Assembly (NCBI RefSeq): GCF_037042905.1
Contig: NC_087250.1
Location: forward strand, 10,418,001-10,482,000
Reading direction: 5' to 3'
DNA from: Lytechinus pictus
Lineage: Eukaryota
DNA length: 64,000 nt
The notes beneath the pieces are model-generated. The model ran no database searches. It worked only from the letters and a program-made list of their open reading frames with translations, and had not been told where the DNA came from. Of this stretch, positions 41,901-50,934 are shown piece after piece. Each line of letters begins with the position of its first letter. Within the stretch, counting starts at the first letter, position 1. The translations under genes and the position numbers were made by a program.

Positions 41901-44719
41901 TCTTTCGATTGAGTTACAAATGTGACTGCTTGCTTTTACACAGGAACGGATTATTCATATTTTGATTCCTGGGCCGATTATGATTCCTGGTCCTATTGCA
42001 TAAAAGTTACCAATATGGCAACTTTGCCATGCAATGGTAACTTGCATGGAATCCTTGATTTTGGTTGGCTGTTGATCAGTGTTACCATGGTAGTTACCAT
42101 AGGACATGTAGGATGGCAAAGTTACCACAATAGTAACTCTTATGCAGCAGGGCCCATGCAAGTCCGACAACTGACCTTCCTACTCCTGGCCATCCGAGCA
42201 TGTATAGAATCAAATAACCATGGTTTCCAAGTTGAAAAATAAATGCTGACTAAAACAAAGCTTCAAACAATTCATTCTTTCGATTGAGTTTCGATGTGAC
42301 TGCTTGCCCTTATACCCAGATTTCGATTATGGTTCCTGGTCCTATTATGATTCCTGGTCCTATTATGATTCCTGGTCCGACTACTGGCCTTCGTACTCCT
42401 ACTGGCCCTCCGAGCCTGACAGTGGTACTTGCATGAATATGTGTTCCTGCGGCGAGACTGGCGACGGCGGGATCGACCAATGTAGATCTGGAGACTGCTA
42501 CTGCGATGACATCTGCAAACGTTTCGGCGACTGTTGCTTAGATAAGGACTACTACTGCCCAGTGCAAGGTATTTCACCTACATTAATTTGTTATTACAGT
42601 GTGTCCCACAAAAAAAGAGGAAACCGGGAGGTTATTTTTTTACAACATAACCAAAAGATTTTATGTCTGTCATTCAGAACATCATAGACTTCAACCTCTC
42701 CTCTTCATTTTGATACCAACAAAGTATGATATGAGTAGTTTAGGCAAAGATAAGCAAGAAGAGTTTGAAAAGTTAACGTCGAAACCATGTTGTGCAAGAA
42801 AATGAGTCGATATTTGTTTAGGACGCACAGACCCGGGGGGCGTTTCATGAAAGGACTTGTCGGACGTTTTATCCGACAAGTCCCATTTTATCCGACAGTT
42901 ACCATAGTAACAGTACCTCTCAGCCAATCAACATCAGAGAAAGATGTCAGATCTGACAACTTGTCGGATGAAAATGTTGATGAAACACTCCCCTGGCGTA
43001 GAAAAGGAATGGCTCGTTAGCATGTATCTTGTATTCTTTGTAGTTTTCTTTCACTAATCTCTTAATGAGAGATGATGCAGATACAAGTGTGAGTTTCCGC
43101 GCAAGTTGTTTCCAGCAGGCTTCAGAATTTATTGTTTTTACTCCGCAGTGCGTGATCAATTCAGTAAATGTTTGGTCTCGAAAAAAAAAAAAAGTAATAT
43201 TCTTACAGTTGTTGATGTTAAATTTATGATTGAGACATATCCAATTATTGCGATATAACCTTACTTCACAGGCGGGATTTTTGTGTGGGACGCACTGTAT
43301 TGGTCTAAATCAAACGTTAATCGCGCTAAGGATAACGTAATAACTTGCTGTCTCCATAATCGATACATGATAACAATGCATTTTGCGACCATAATTCAAC
43401 GTTGAACTCAGGTGTCCCCCTCCCACTCTCATTACTTTCCTCAAGTGATATTGTCCTATCAATTTGTTTTTACATTTTTCCTGAGCGCGGGGGGGGGGGG
43501 TTAAAATTTGTTTATGCGTTATAGAAGTATGTTTTATTATCATTATTATTATCATCTGTGATTCGGCCAATACTATACTTCCTTAATTAACTTTTGATTG
43601 CGTTGAGCGTTAACTAAAATCGAAATGGCGTTTTAAAAAGGGAATTTATTATCAATATCGTTCTCACAATTATTGTTTTTAACATTTTGACCTATTTTTT
43701 GGTTGATTTATTTTGATTTAGAATCAGGACTAGATGGCGGCCTATACTACATTGAGAAAGTCCAAGAGTTACCGGTAAGTGTTTTGTGTTAGACCACCTC
43801 TAAACAGACCTCTGCATGGCGTAATGGGAGAGAGGGCAAAGAGCCCCCCCCCCCCCCCTAAAACACCAAAAACACAGAAAAAATATAGAAAGTAAAAATA
43901 GAAATAAATGAAGAAAAAAAAAAGTTGCTCTACCAAAAATGAGAAAAAGTAAAGTAAGACGGGCGAAATATAACACTGTCTTCTAAATCTATTGTCAAAT
44001 TCTTTTCTTTGTATGTAGAGGGACAACAATTTAATAGCATCATATATATCAATACGATGTACAAAGTCGAGACAAGTAATTTCAAGGAGGGTCAACATAC
44101 AGTAGTGCTAAAAAGTTAGTGAACCCTATAAATGCACCCCTTCATGCTGAGTGTTGAGTGAAGACAACAACACTACAATGTCTGATGAGCCATGAGAAAT
44201 AGAAACAAACTTTATTGAATGTAATATTTTATCACCTGACATCACAATTAAATATCTAATACATGGCAGAACTAGAACACTTGAAATATGTTCATTTTCT
44301 GATGGTGCTCACTAATGTTTTAGCACCACTCTATATGAGCTGATTCGAATACAAAGAAAAAATGCAAACAAGCATAACACTGAAAATTCCATCAAAATCG
44401 GATGTAAAATAAGAAAGTTATAATATTTACAGTTTCGCTTCATTTCACAATTTCTTATCCTGTCGATATAAGTAAATAAGGAAACAGTTGTATGATGATA
44501 CCATTCAATTACTTTTGTTATTGTTTATGAAAAAAAAATCAGGTTCACGTCCGACGACGACGCGCAGCTGAGGGACAAAAGCGCCGAGCTCGCCGATCAG
44601 GCCCTAAAGAGGTCGACCAGGAAAGAGCCCGAAGACGAGAGGACCAAGCAAAGCGCCTTGAGGGACGCCGAGCTCGCGCTGCGGAGAAGGCAAGACGAGT
44701 GCGACAAGCCGAAGCCTAA
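14907..44719 (+). CDS. 17-exon gene for a secreted mosaic protein: 3xSRCR, 2 DYSSY repeat blocks, 5xLDLa, SMB-like domain, Arg-rich tail (956 aa predicted)
   Basis: All 17 exons have GT-AG boundaries and join in frame; summed length is 2871 nt; signal peptide present; no hydrophobic TM segment. Confidence 0.8.
16723..17037 (+). CDS. Exon 2: SRCR domain 1 (6 Cys, group A pattern)
   Basis: [28 protein letters not shown]...[17 protein letters not shown]; 315 nt, phase 1-1; missed by the ORF track. Confidence 0.95.
17080..17210. repeat. (AAT)n microsatellite
   Basis: Visible directly. Confidence 0.9.
18499..18809. mobile_element. Palindromic MITE with CAG target duplication (Harbinger-like)
   Basis: TIR gcccgtattctgaagt; empty site in the duplicate at about 22931; second copy at 39256-39565. 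Confidence 0.8.
19523..19840 (+). CDS. Exon 3: SRCR domain 2
   Basis: [44 protein letters not shown]; ttccag acceptor, CAG|gtattt donor; 318 nt. Confidence 0.93.
21576..21929 (+). CDS. Exon 4: coding tandem repeat, 24 DYSSY/DYSS units
   Basis: ttttctcag acceptor and G|gtaaga donor; 354 nt, phase 1-1; 15/12-nt units vary mostly at third codon positions in this frame. Confidence 0.88.
23247..23564 (+). CDS. Exon 5: SRCR domain 3 (duplicate of exon 3)
   Basis: 8 nt differences from exon 3 over 318 nt; tttcag acceptor, CAG|gtaggc donor. Confidence 0.95.
24807..25180. mobile_element. TTAA-flanked insertion (Kolobok-like) specific to duplicate copy 2
   Basis: Single TTAA at the paralogous site near 20980; two TTAA here. 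Confidence 0.8.
25807..26106 (+). CDS. Exon 6: coding tandem repeat, 20 DYSSY/DYSS units
   Basis: Same splice sites as exon 4; 300 nt, phase 1-1; begins ACDYSSY. Confidence 0.88.
27969..28209. mobile_element. MITE with CACTGCAAAAACTC TIRs and TA flanks
   Basis: Near-perfect hairpin; further copies at 37042-37283 and split at 58211-62243. Confidence 0.85.
28499..29587. mobile_element. ~1.1-kb non-autonomous TIR element
   Basis: cagtcagacggcaggtcc ... ggacctgcggtctgactg; TTTA on both sides. Confidence 0.7.
29692..29802 (+). CDS. Exon 7: LDLa module 1 ([35 protein letters not shown])
   Basis: 6-Cys LDL-receptor class A pattern; (CT)n-tag acceptor, gtaaga donor; 111 nt. Confidence 0.93.
31740..31787 (+). 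CDS. Exon 8: 48-nt linker micro-exon ([16 protein letters not shown])
   Basis: Pyrimidine tract plus acag acceptor, A|gtaagt donor, phase 1-1; paralogous to exon 11. Confidence 0.75.
32762..32791 (+). CDS. Exon 9: 30-nt linker micro-exon ([10 protein letters not shown])
   Basis: ttttag acceptor, G|gtatgt donor, phase 1-1; repeats the PWTT motif of exon 8. Confidence 0.6.
33895..34005 (+). CDS. Exon 10: LDLa module 2 ([35 protein letters not shown])
   Basis: 6-Cys LDLa; paralog of exon 7; 111 nt, phase 1-1. Confidence 0.93.
34509..34562 (+). CDS. Exon 11: 54-nt linker micro-exon ([18 protein letters not shown])
   Basis: ttttgtag acceptor, G|gtaagt donor, phase 1-1. Confidence 0.78.
36322..36429 (+). 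CDS. Exon 12: LDLa module 3 ([35 protein letters not shown])
   Basis: 6-Cys LDLa; taaag acceptor, G|gtgagt donor; 108 nt. Confidence 0.92.
37042..37283. mobile_element. MITE with CACTGCAAAAACTC TIRs and TA flanks
   Basis: Long inverted arms. Confidence 0.85.
38703..38828 (+). CDS. Exon 13: 4-Cys LDLa-like module 4 ([42 protein letters not shown])
   Basis: DCSDHSDE motif; catag acceptor, A|gtaaga donor; 126 nt. Confidence 0.85.
39256..39565. mobile_element. Palindromic MITE, same family as 18499
   Basis: gcccgtattctgaagtcggg ... cccgacttcagaatacgggc; CTG flanks. Confidence 0.8.
39763..40299. mobile_element. TIR element with 8-9 bp target duplication (G)ATGTTAAA (Mutator/hAT-like)
   Basis: ggccacttacattgacgagtg ... 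cactcgtcaatggaagtggcc; a related fragment lies at 1-385. Confidence 0.75.
40925..41038 (+). CDS. Exon 14: LDLa module 5 ([37 protein letters not shown])
   Basis: 6-Cys LDLa; ctcag acceptor, G|gtaagc donor; 114 nt. Confidence 0.92.
41944..42202 (+). pseudogene. Disrupted partial duplicate of the 5' part of exon 15 ([16 protein letters not shown]...), interrupted by a MITE
   Basis: Upstream intron 41864-41943 matches 42241-42319; after the MITE, tccgacaactga replaces tccgactactgg (Trp to stop). Confidence 0.65.
41988..42155. mobile_element. Small MITE inside the pseudo-exon
   Basis: tgcataaaagttac ... gtaactcttatgca inverted ends; related to 30441-30601. Confidence 0.7.
42320..42568 (+). CDS. 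Exon 15: YYDSWS repeats plus somatomedin-B-like domain (10 Cys)
   Basis: [24 protein letters not shown] signature; cccag acceptor, AAG|gtattt donor; 249 nt, phase 1-1. Confidence 0.9.
42597..43297. mobile_element. Tc1/mariner-type MITE (TA flanks) with a nested small MITE at about 42833-42995
   Basis: ta|cagtgtgtcccaca ... tgtgggacgcactg|ta. Confidence 0.75.
43722..43774 (+). CDS. Exon 16: [18 protein letters not shown] (phase 1 to 0)
   Basis: tttag acceptor, CCG|gtaagt donor; 53 nt. Confidence 0.72.
44099..44332. mobile_element. Tc1/mariner-type MITE
   Basis: cagtagtgctaaaaagttagtga ... tcactaatgttttagcaccact. Confidence 0.55.
44543..44719 (+). CDS. Exon 17: terminal Arg-rich tail [58 protein letters not shown]
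   Basis: atcag acceptor; GC-rich island ends at TAA 44717-44719; frame set by the phase-0 end of exon 16. Confidence 0.7.
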   Translation, partial: VHVRRRRAAEGQKRRARRSGPKEVDQERARRREDQAKRLEGRRARAAEKARRVRQAEA

Positions 44720-45272
44720 TATCCCAGTGTGGAAAGATGCATCAGCATGCTAGATGATTAACGTTCACATCAAAATGAAATTACAGTTACTCATAATTAC
44801 ATCACACAGTTACATCACACAATTCTACAATTACAGTTACACTTCAGTACATCATTCATGTGTATACTCCCCAACTTAAGATTTTGTAAGCATGTTTTTG
44901 TCCTTGCTCAGACTGCCTGTCCTTAAAAGACGTAACAATGTTCGTGTATGTAATAATCTCTACCAAAAATTCCAGATCACTCAATTATCTACATATTCAT
45001 ATTGCTTTTATAAATACGATAATTCATAACGCGGGGGCAATAGATTTTGATTAAAGAAAGTAATGTACAAGACAACAAATTAAAACAATTACTGATATGT
45101 ATCGATTTGTTGCATCAATCACATTGTAAATAGAAATATAATATATAATTCTTAATGATACCTTGTCGGTAATTTCATGGTAAAATAATTTTATTCCTCT
45201 TTTCAAGAAAGGAGTAAATCCATTGCGCTGCTGTGCGGGCATTGGTCTCCGTTTCTTTGTTCTTGTTAATTG

Positions 45273-45301
45273 AATAAATTATTGTGAACGAGAAAAATAA
45301 A
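45273..45301 (+). terminator. Candidate polyadenylation signals (AATAAA at 45273 and 45296)
   Basis: Canonical hexamers about 550 nt after the stop, followed by GT/T-rich sequence. Confidence 0.35.
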
Positions 45302-45334
45302 CCATTCGTAAATGTTCGTTTGTTGTAAGGTGAG

Positions 45335-46832
45335 GCGAGGTCAACCTTATGCAAAAGTACGTTTATATAATGAATGTGTGTGTGTGTGAGTGTGTAATAG
45401 AAACAGACAAAAAGTAAGGGAGTGAGTGTATGTGAGAGAGTGAGAGAGAGAGTGGGGGGAGATTGGGTTTGTGTGGGGGGTGTGATAGAAACAGAGACAG
45501 AAAGTGAGAGAGTGGGTGTGTGTGTGAAAGAGAGAGGGGGAGGGAGTTCGTGTGTGTTTGATAAAGGTAGAGAGAGCGCGAGGTCAACCTTAAGCAAAAG
45601 TACGTGTATTATGAATGTGTGTGTGTGAGATAGAAACAGAGACAAAGAGGGAGGGAGATCGAGAGTGTATATGAGAGAGAGAGAGAGAGGGGAGTAAACG
45701 GAGAGATTGTGTGTGGGGCACTAGCGTACCTACGGGGGGGGCAGAGGGGGCAGTCTGCCCCCCTGACGAGCCACAACCCATGCAAAGGACGTATCCATGC
45801 CCCCCCCTGACGAGCTTGAAGACCTTTTTTTTCTATTTTTTTTTTTGCTTGTCAAATTTTTTTCTGGTACGAAATCCTTCATTTGTGATTGAAGACTTTT
45901 TTTTTTTTTTTTTTTTTTGGCTTGTCAATTTTTTTTGGCGGACGGTTTTGCCCCCCCCCCTGTGAAAAATCCCAGGTACGCCACTGGTGTGGGGTATGTG
46001 TGTGTGTGATATAAACAGAGACAGAAAGTAATGGAGTGATAGGGTGTGTGTGGGAGTGTGAAAGAGAGAAGTGGGGAGTTCGTGTGTGTTTGATAAAGGT
46101 AGAGAGAGCGAGGTCAACCTTAAGCAAAAGTACGTGTATTATGAATGTGCGCGTGTGTGTGTGTGTGTGATAGAAACAGAGACGAAGAATAAGGGAGGGA
46201 GATCGAGATTGTATATGAGAGAGAGAGAGAGGAGGGAACGGAGAGTTAGGATTTGTGTCATGTGATAGAAACAGAGACAGAGAGGGAGGGAGTGCGTGTG
46301 TGTGAAAGTGAGAGGGGAGGGAGAGAGTGTGTGTTTGATAACGGTAGAGAGGGACAGTAAGTGGGTGTGTGTGAGACACATAAGGGGGTTTGTGTGGGAG
46401 ACATCCGTGTATAATGAATGTGTGTGATAAAAACAGAGACAGAAATTATTGGAGTGATAGGGTGTGTGTGGGAGTGTGAAAGAGAGAAGTGGGAAGTTCG
46501 TGTGTGCTTGATAAAGGTAGAGAGAGCGAGGTCAACCTTAGGTTAAAGTACGTGTATTATGAATGTGTGCGTGTGTGTGTGTGTGTGTGATAGAAACAGA
46601 GACGAAGAATAAGGGGGGGGGATCGAGAGTGTATATGAGAGAGAGAGAGAGGAGGGAACGGAGAGATTGGGTTTGTGTGTGATAGAAACAGAGAAGAAAG
46701 GGAGGGAGGGAGTGTGTGTGGAGGGTGTGTGTGTGTGAGAGAGAGAGAGAGAGGGGGAGTGTGTGTTTGATAAAGGTAGAGAGGAACAGTAAGTGGGTGT
46801 GTGTGAGACACATAAGGGGGTTAGTGTGGGAG
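45335..46832. repeat. Compound GT/GA minisatellite with recurring gaggtcaaccttaagcaaaagtacgt units; MITE inserted at about 45719-45986
   Basis: Visible directly. Confidence 0.85.
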
Positions 46833-49698
46833 ATATTGTACCATTTAGCTGTGTGTAGTATGTAGCTGTATGTTCAACATGATCAATGATCACGATGATG
46901 CATACTTCTGATTTTTGTCAAACAATCTCTGTTATATTTGTGTTACATATTATATTGTTAAGCAGAAGCGATGATTAAATTAAATCAAATTAGATGAGAA
47001 GAGTCATATAGAAAATGTTTTACCGCCCTTATTTGTTGCCATTGCTACACGGTGCTAGAAAATGCCTATTTAGATGCCATTAACAATAAAAGTCCATACA
47101 CTTTTATAGATATTTGAACCTTTTGTTCTGTATTTGGAACTTTTTTAAGGTTTTCAAAGACTAAGAAAAGGGTTCTAAACAGTCCTTTAGAAATATTTTC
47201 GGTTCTAAAAGGAACCTTTTAATGTTCTTTATACCTCTCATTGGGGTTCTTAATGCTGTATATATCCTACCATTTTTGTATAGGGACCTTTATACCACCT
47301 ATAGTTTTTTCCCTTTTACTTGAAGAGCCCACTTTATATAACCTTAAAAGGATTCATTGCTGAACCCTAATGTTCTAAAGTACTCTGTTTAGGACCCCTT
47401 TTTGCTTATTTGAAGAAATGTTAAATGTTCCAAATACGAGGCGAAGGAAGGTTCTAATAAAGTTTCTTGTTTCTTTCTAAGAGTTTACCGTTAGAGGGGG
47501 CGGCTCCCGCGTGGCTGCACCTTCCTTCAGTGTATTCCGCACACATGAATATTGCCTTTCTTTGTTGACGGTTTATGATGAAAAGAATATGACTTTGACC
47601 AGCATCCACGTCTCCATAGCGCGATGGCGGCCTTTTCACCAATTACAGTTGATAAATTCTGGAGATAAGGCGTCGATAGAGAATTGGTAGAGGTAACTTC
47701 ACATTAGAGTGAATGTGTATTTGAAACGAATGGAAGCGAAATTAATAACACGTTTACCCTGTCGTGTGATCCGTTACGATTGGCCTTCCATAGCCGTGAC
47801 ACAACATTTCCTCGGGCGGCAACTGCTCCGGGCTTTGTTGCGTCTAGGATATAGGGTGTGGGTTGCATAATATTATATGTTAGATTAAAGGCCCCCTCAC
47901 ACCTAACCGAATTGCCGTAAATATGCCTTGCGATGGCTGGCGAAAGGCATTTTCAAACAAATCGTTTTCAATAGTAACTAATAGTAAATCATATTTACCC
48001 TTCGTGTTTGGGTTCGTACATTCTTTGAACTAACAGCTGCAATTATTCAAATTCGCGCAGACATTTTGAACATGTAAACAATTTCCCGACGAATTGAAAA
48101 ATCGTTGGTCATCTGTACTGTTTGAATTCGCATCTCTTATTTAGTCTGCGGTAATCGTTTGTTTTTGTCGCGCAAAGTCCCTCTTCGGGCTTTGCCAAAG
48201 TTAATTGTTACGTAATTAGTGTCATTTTAATCTTTATTGCTGCGTCATGGTTGCCATGCATATTTGCGCATAATGATAATAATAATAATCATAAGAGTTG
48301 CGCGCGCTTTATCAATAATTGTCATTGTTTGAGTATTAACGTTTTGCATGCGGTACACGGAAAAGGGCTGCGTCCAGTTCAGTTTTGCAGAAAGCAACAG
48401 AAAGCCATATTTGAATGTTATCTGCATGAACCGCTTAATCTACAAAATAATTCTGCTGATCATTATTAATCGACAATCATCTATCAAATAGTTTTTTAAA
48501 TCGTATTTGAAACTCGTCCTGTCATCGTTGTTCGCCGTATCAGCATATTGGAAACTCCTCTTAAATAGAGGCAGCCACAGTTAAAGAGGAATAATTGAGG
48601 GAATTGTATATTACAATTTATATCCTACATAGAGTAAATCCTGTATAGTGATTGGTTTAAGTAGCATCATGTGACCTAATATATTTCAACTATGATGTTG
48701 CGTGACGTCAGACCTCGATATATCATACAGATATTGCCTACCTAGAGTTTGAATATAACATTTCCTCTCCCCGACGGAGTTATATTTTTCCCAAGGGATT
48801 ATATTTTGCCCGAAGCGTTCAGCGCTGAGGGAAAATATTATCCCGAATATAGCTTCGAATATAGCTTCGGAGGGGAGTTGAAATGTTATTTATTAAAACG
48901 ATAGACCAGGCAATATTTGTTATATTATATAGTCTATGTGGAATCGCCATCAGAAATTGCATTCATCATCTGGCTCAAACCTGAAATTCTTGCTACAGCT
49001 CTAATCCATCTACGTCATAATAGATTTTTTTTTTTAAATACATCAAGCGCGTACTTCATGCAATTGACGCGTTAACATTAGCGCGTTCATCAAAAACTAC
49101 CTTGTTACGCAACTTGTATGCAGCGAGTGACGTCACCTTAGTGAATATAACGCCGCAATTGACAATACAACGCAGTATATTCCCTGAGGTGACGTCAAAA
49201 CCTAGAATATAACAAATGCGATCCTCGCAGTTATGGTCACGTGGTGGTGTATTGACCTATCACTGATTCGAATCTACATAACCTATGTAATATTTTTGGA
49301 TATATCGAGGTCTGACGTCATTATTTCGCAAAACTGGATATCGAGCTAAACTCTCGGGCGCACCGGCCAGCGCGCTCTCTCTCCCGGGCAAGTCCAGCTA
49401 TGCGTCGGCGCAGGCACTAATCTGCGTTCCGCTGAGCGCGGTGGCTCGGAGAAAAGTAGGTTATTCAACTCAACTAACCGGACTTTGCAAGCTCAACGCA
49501 TAGATTTTGGTTGTAAATTATAAAAAGTAGGATATAAAACAAATATACCAGGCGTTTCATTCGAAAGCATAGTGGGAATTATTAATCCTCGGTTGGACTG
49601 GCAAAACTACTATATTTCCCTCGGGGCTTCGCCCCTCGGATAAGTAATTCCACTATACTTTATCAAAGCCTGATATATTTGTTTAATATGAAATGGAT

Positions 49699-49739
49699 TT
49701 ACGGTATATCCACACGACGTCCAGTAGACCTGTTACCGG
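49699..49739 (-). CDS. Possible short terminal exon of the minus-strand LDLa gene (SGNRSTGRRVDIP*)
   Basis: tttccgtgcag acceptor; phase-1 reading reaches TAA; no homology support. Confidence 0.25.
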
Positions 49740-50703
49740 CTGCACGGAAACGCTAATAGAGCGTTTTCGCTCCATGACACACGACAAACTCAAGAACAAT
49801 GAAAAAGTATTGTCGAATGCAATTGAAAGAAAGAAGTCTTTCTCATAATTCTGAATCAAAACAACAATTTCGTCCTGGACTCGGGATAAATGACATTTTT
49901 GCCATTTTTCGTCAGCTCCGAAACTTAGGACGAAATTGCTGTTCCGGTTCACCAATTTTCGACACAGATCTCCCTGCTGTTCTTTGTTATTCGAAGAACA
50001 TGTTAAATATTTTTACAGTGATCTTGAATCCATTGCGCGTCGCGAGTGAAAACCTGCTCAAAAAGGCACCTGTTACGAATCAATGTTGCCGCGATACCAT
50101 ATAGGGATTTTTCGCAACCGCTAAAGAGACGCATTCGGGAACGTAGAGAATCTATTGTCAAAAGCCCTTCATGACAAAACAGTTCTTGTCGAAAATCAGT
50201 GAATCATGATTCTGGACATGCAGGCAACAAACTTGCAAGCTTTCTTCAACTCCGAATCTCAAGACGATCTGCTATCCCGGTTGTGTTTTTTGGGGGGTCA
50301 TTACTTGTGCACCAGACACGAGAGAGCAGAGGGAATGACGTTAAAGGTTTTTTTTTTGAGACTTTGAACCACATGACAAATCTTGGACTTTTTCAAATTG
50401 CCAAAATTTTTAATTTGAAAATTATTTGAAACTCGAACCTGCGCCATAAACTCGACTGCAGGAATGACTTGTTGATTGATCCACACCAATTGAGCTGATC
50501 GAGGGGTCGGAAATAAGCATATCTCCCGACGTTTCGTGTTCATTAATATGTATGAGGCGTAGTCTGATTAAATAAAACCTTTTATATCGTCATTCACACT
50601 GCCTATCGGGTCGGAAGCACAAGTACTGACGAAAAAATATCCAATAAGAAAAAAAGAAGGCCATTCGCAAAAACAAAAACAAAAACCAAAGGCCTATACT
50701 CAC

Positions 50704-50814
50704 AACAATTTAGTTCATCTGCTCGGTTAATGCAATGCGGGAACCCATCGCAAACGTACAGTTGTGCCACGCACATACCGTTGCATAGCACATAGTTAGG
50801 ATAGCTCTCGCATT
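50704..50814 (-). CDS. Second LDLa exon of the minus-strand gene (CESYPNYVLCNGMCVAQLYVCDGFPHCINRADELNC)
   Basis: ttctaaag acceptor, T|gtgagt donor; 111 nt, phase 1-1; 6 Cys. Confidence 0.85.
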
Positions 50815-50934
50815 CTTTAGAAGAATAGAATAAAGAACAAAGAAGACATTATGTACATGTACATCAATATTATCAGTACATCGGAGAGGGAAGTTCAGTT
50901 TAGCTGGAAATTCCAGTTCTGCTGTCGATCTTAA

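Noticed and set aside
45175..46893. His/Thr/Leu/Ser-rich ORFs
   Set aside because: GT/GA compound minisatellite.
47454..47700. GC-richer stretch as a terminal exon of the minus-strand gene
   Set aside because: No recognisable motif in any frame and a weak acceptor; cannot be supported.
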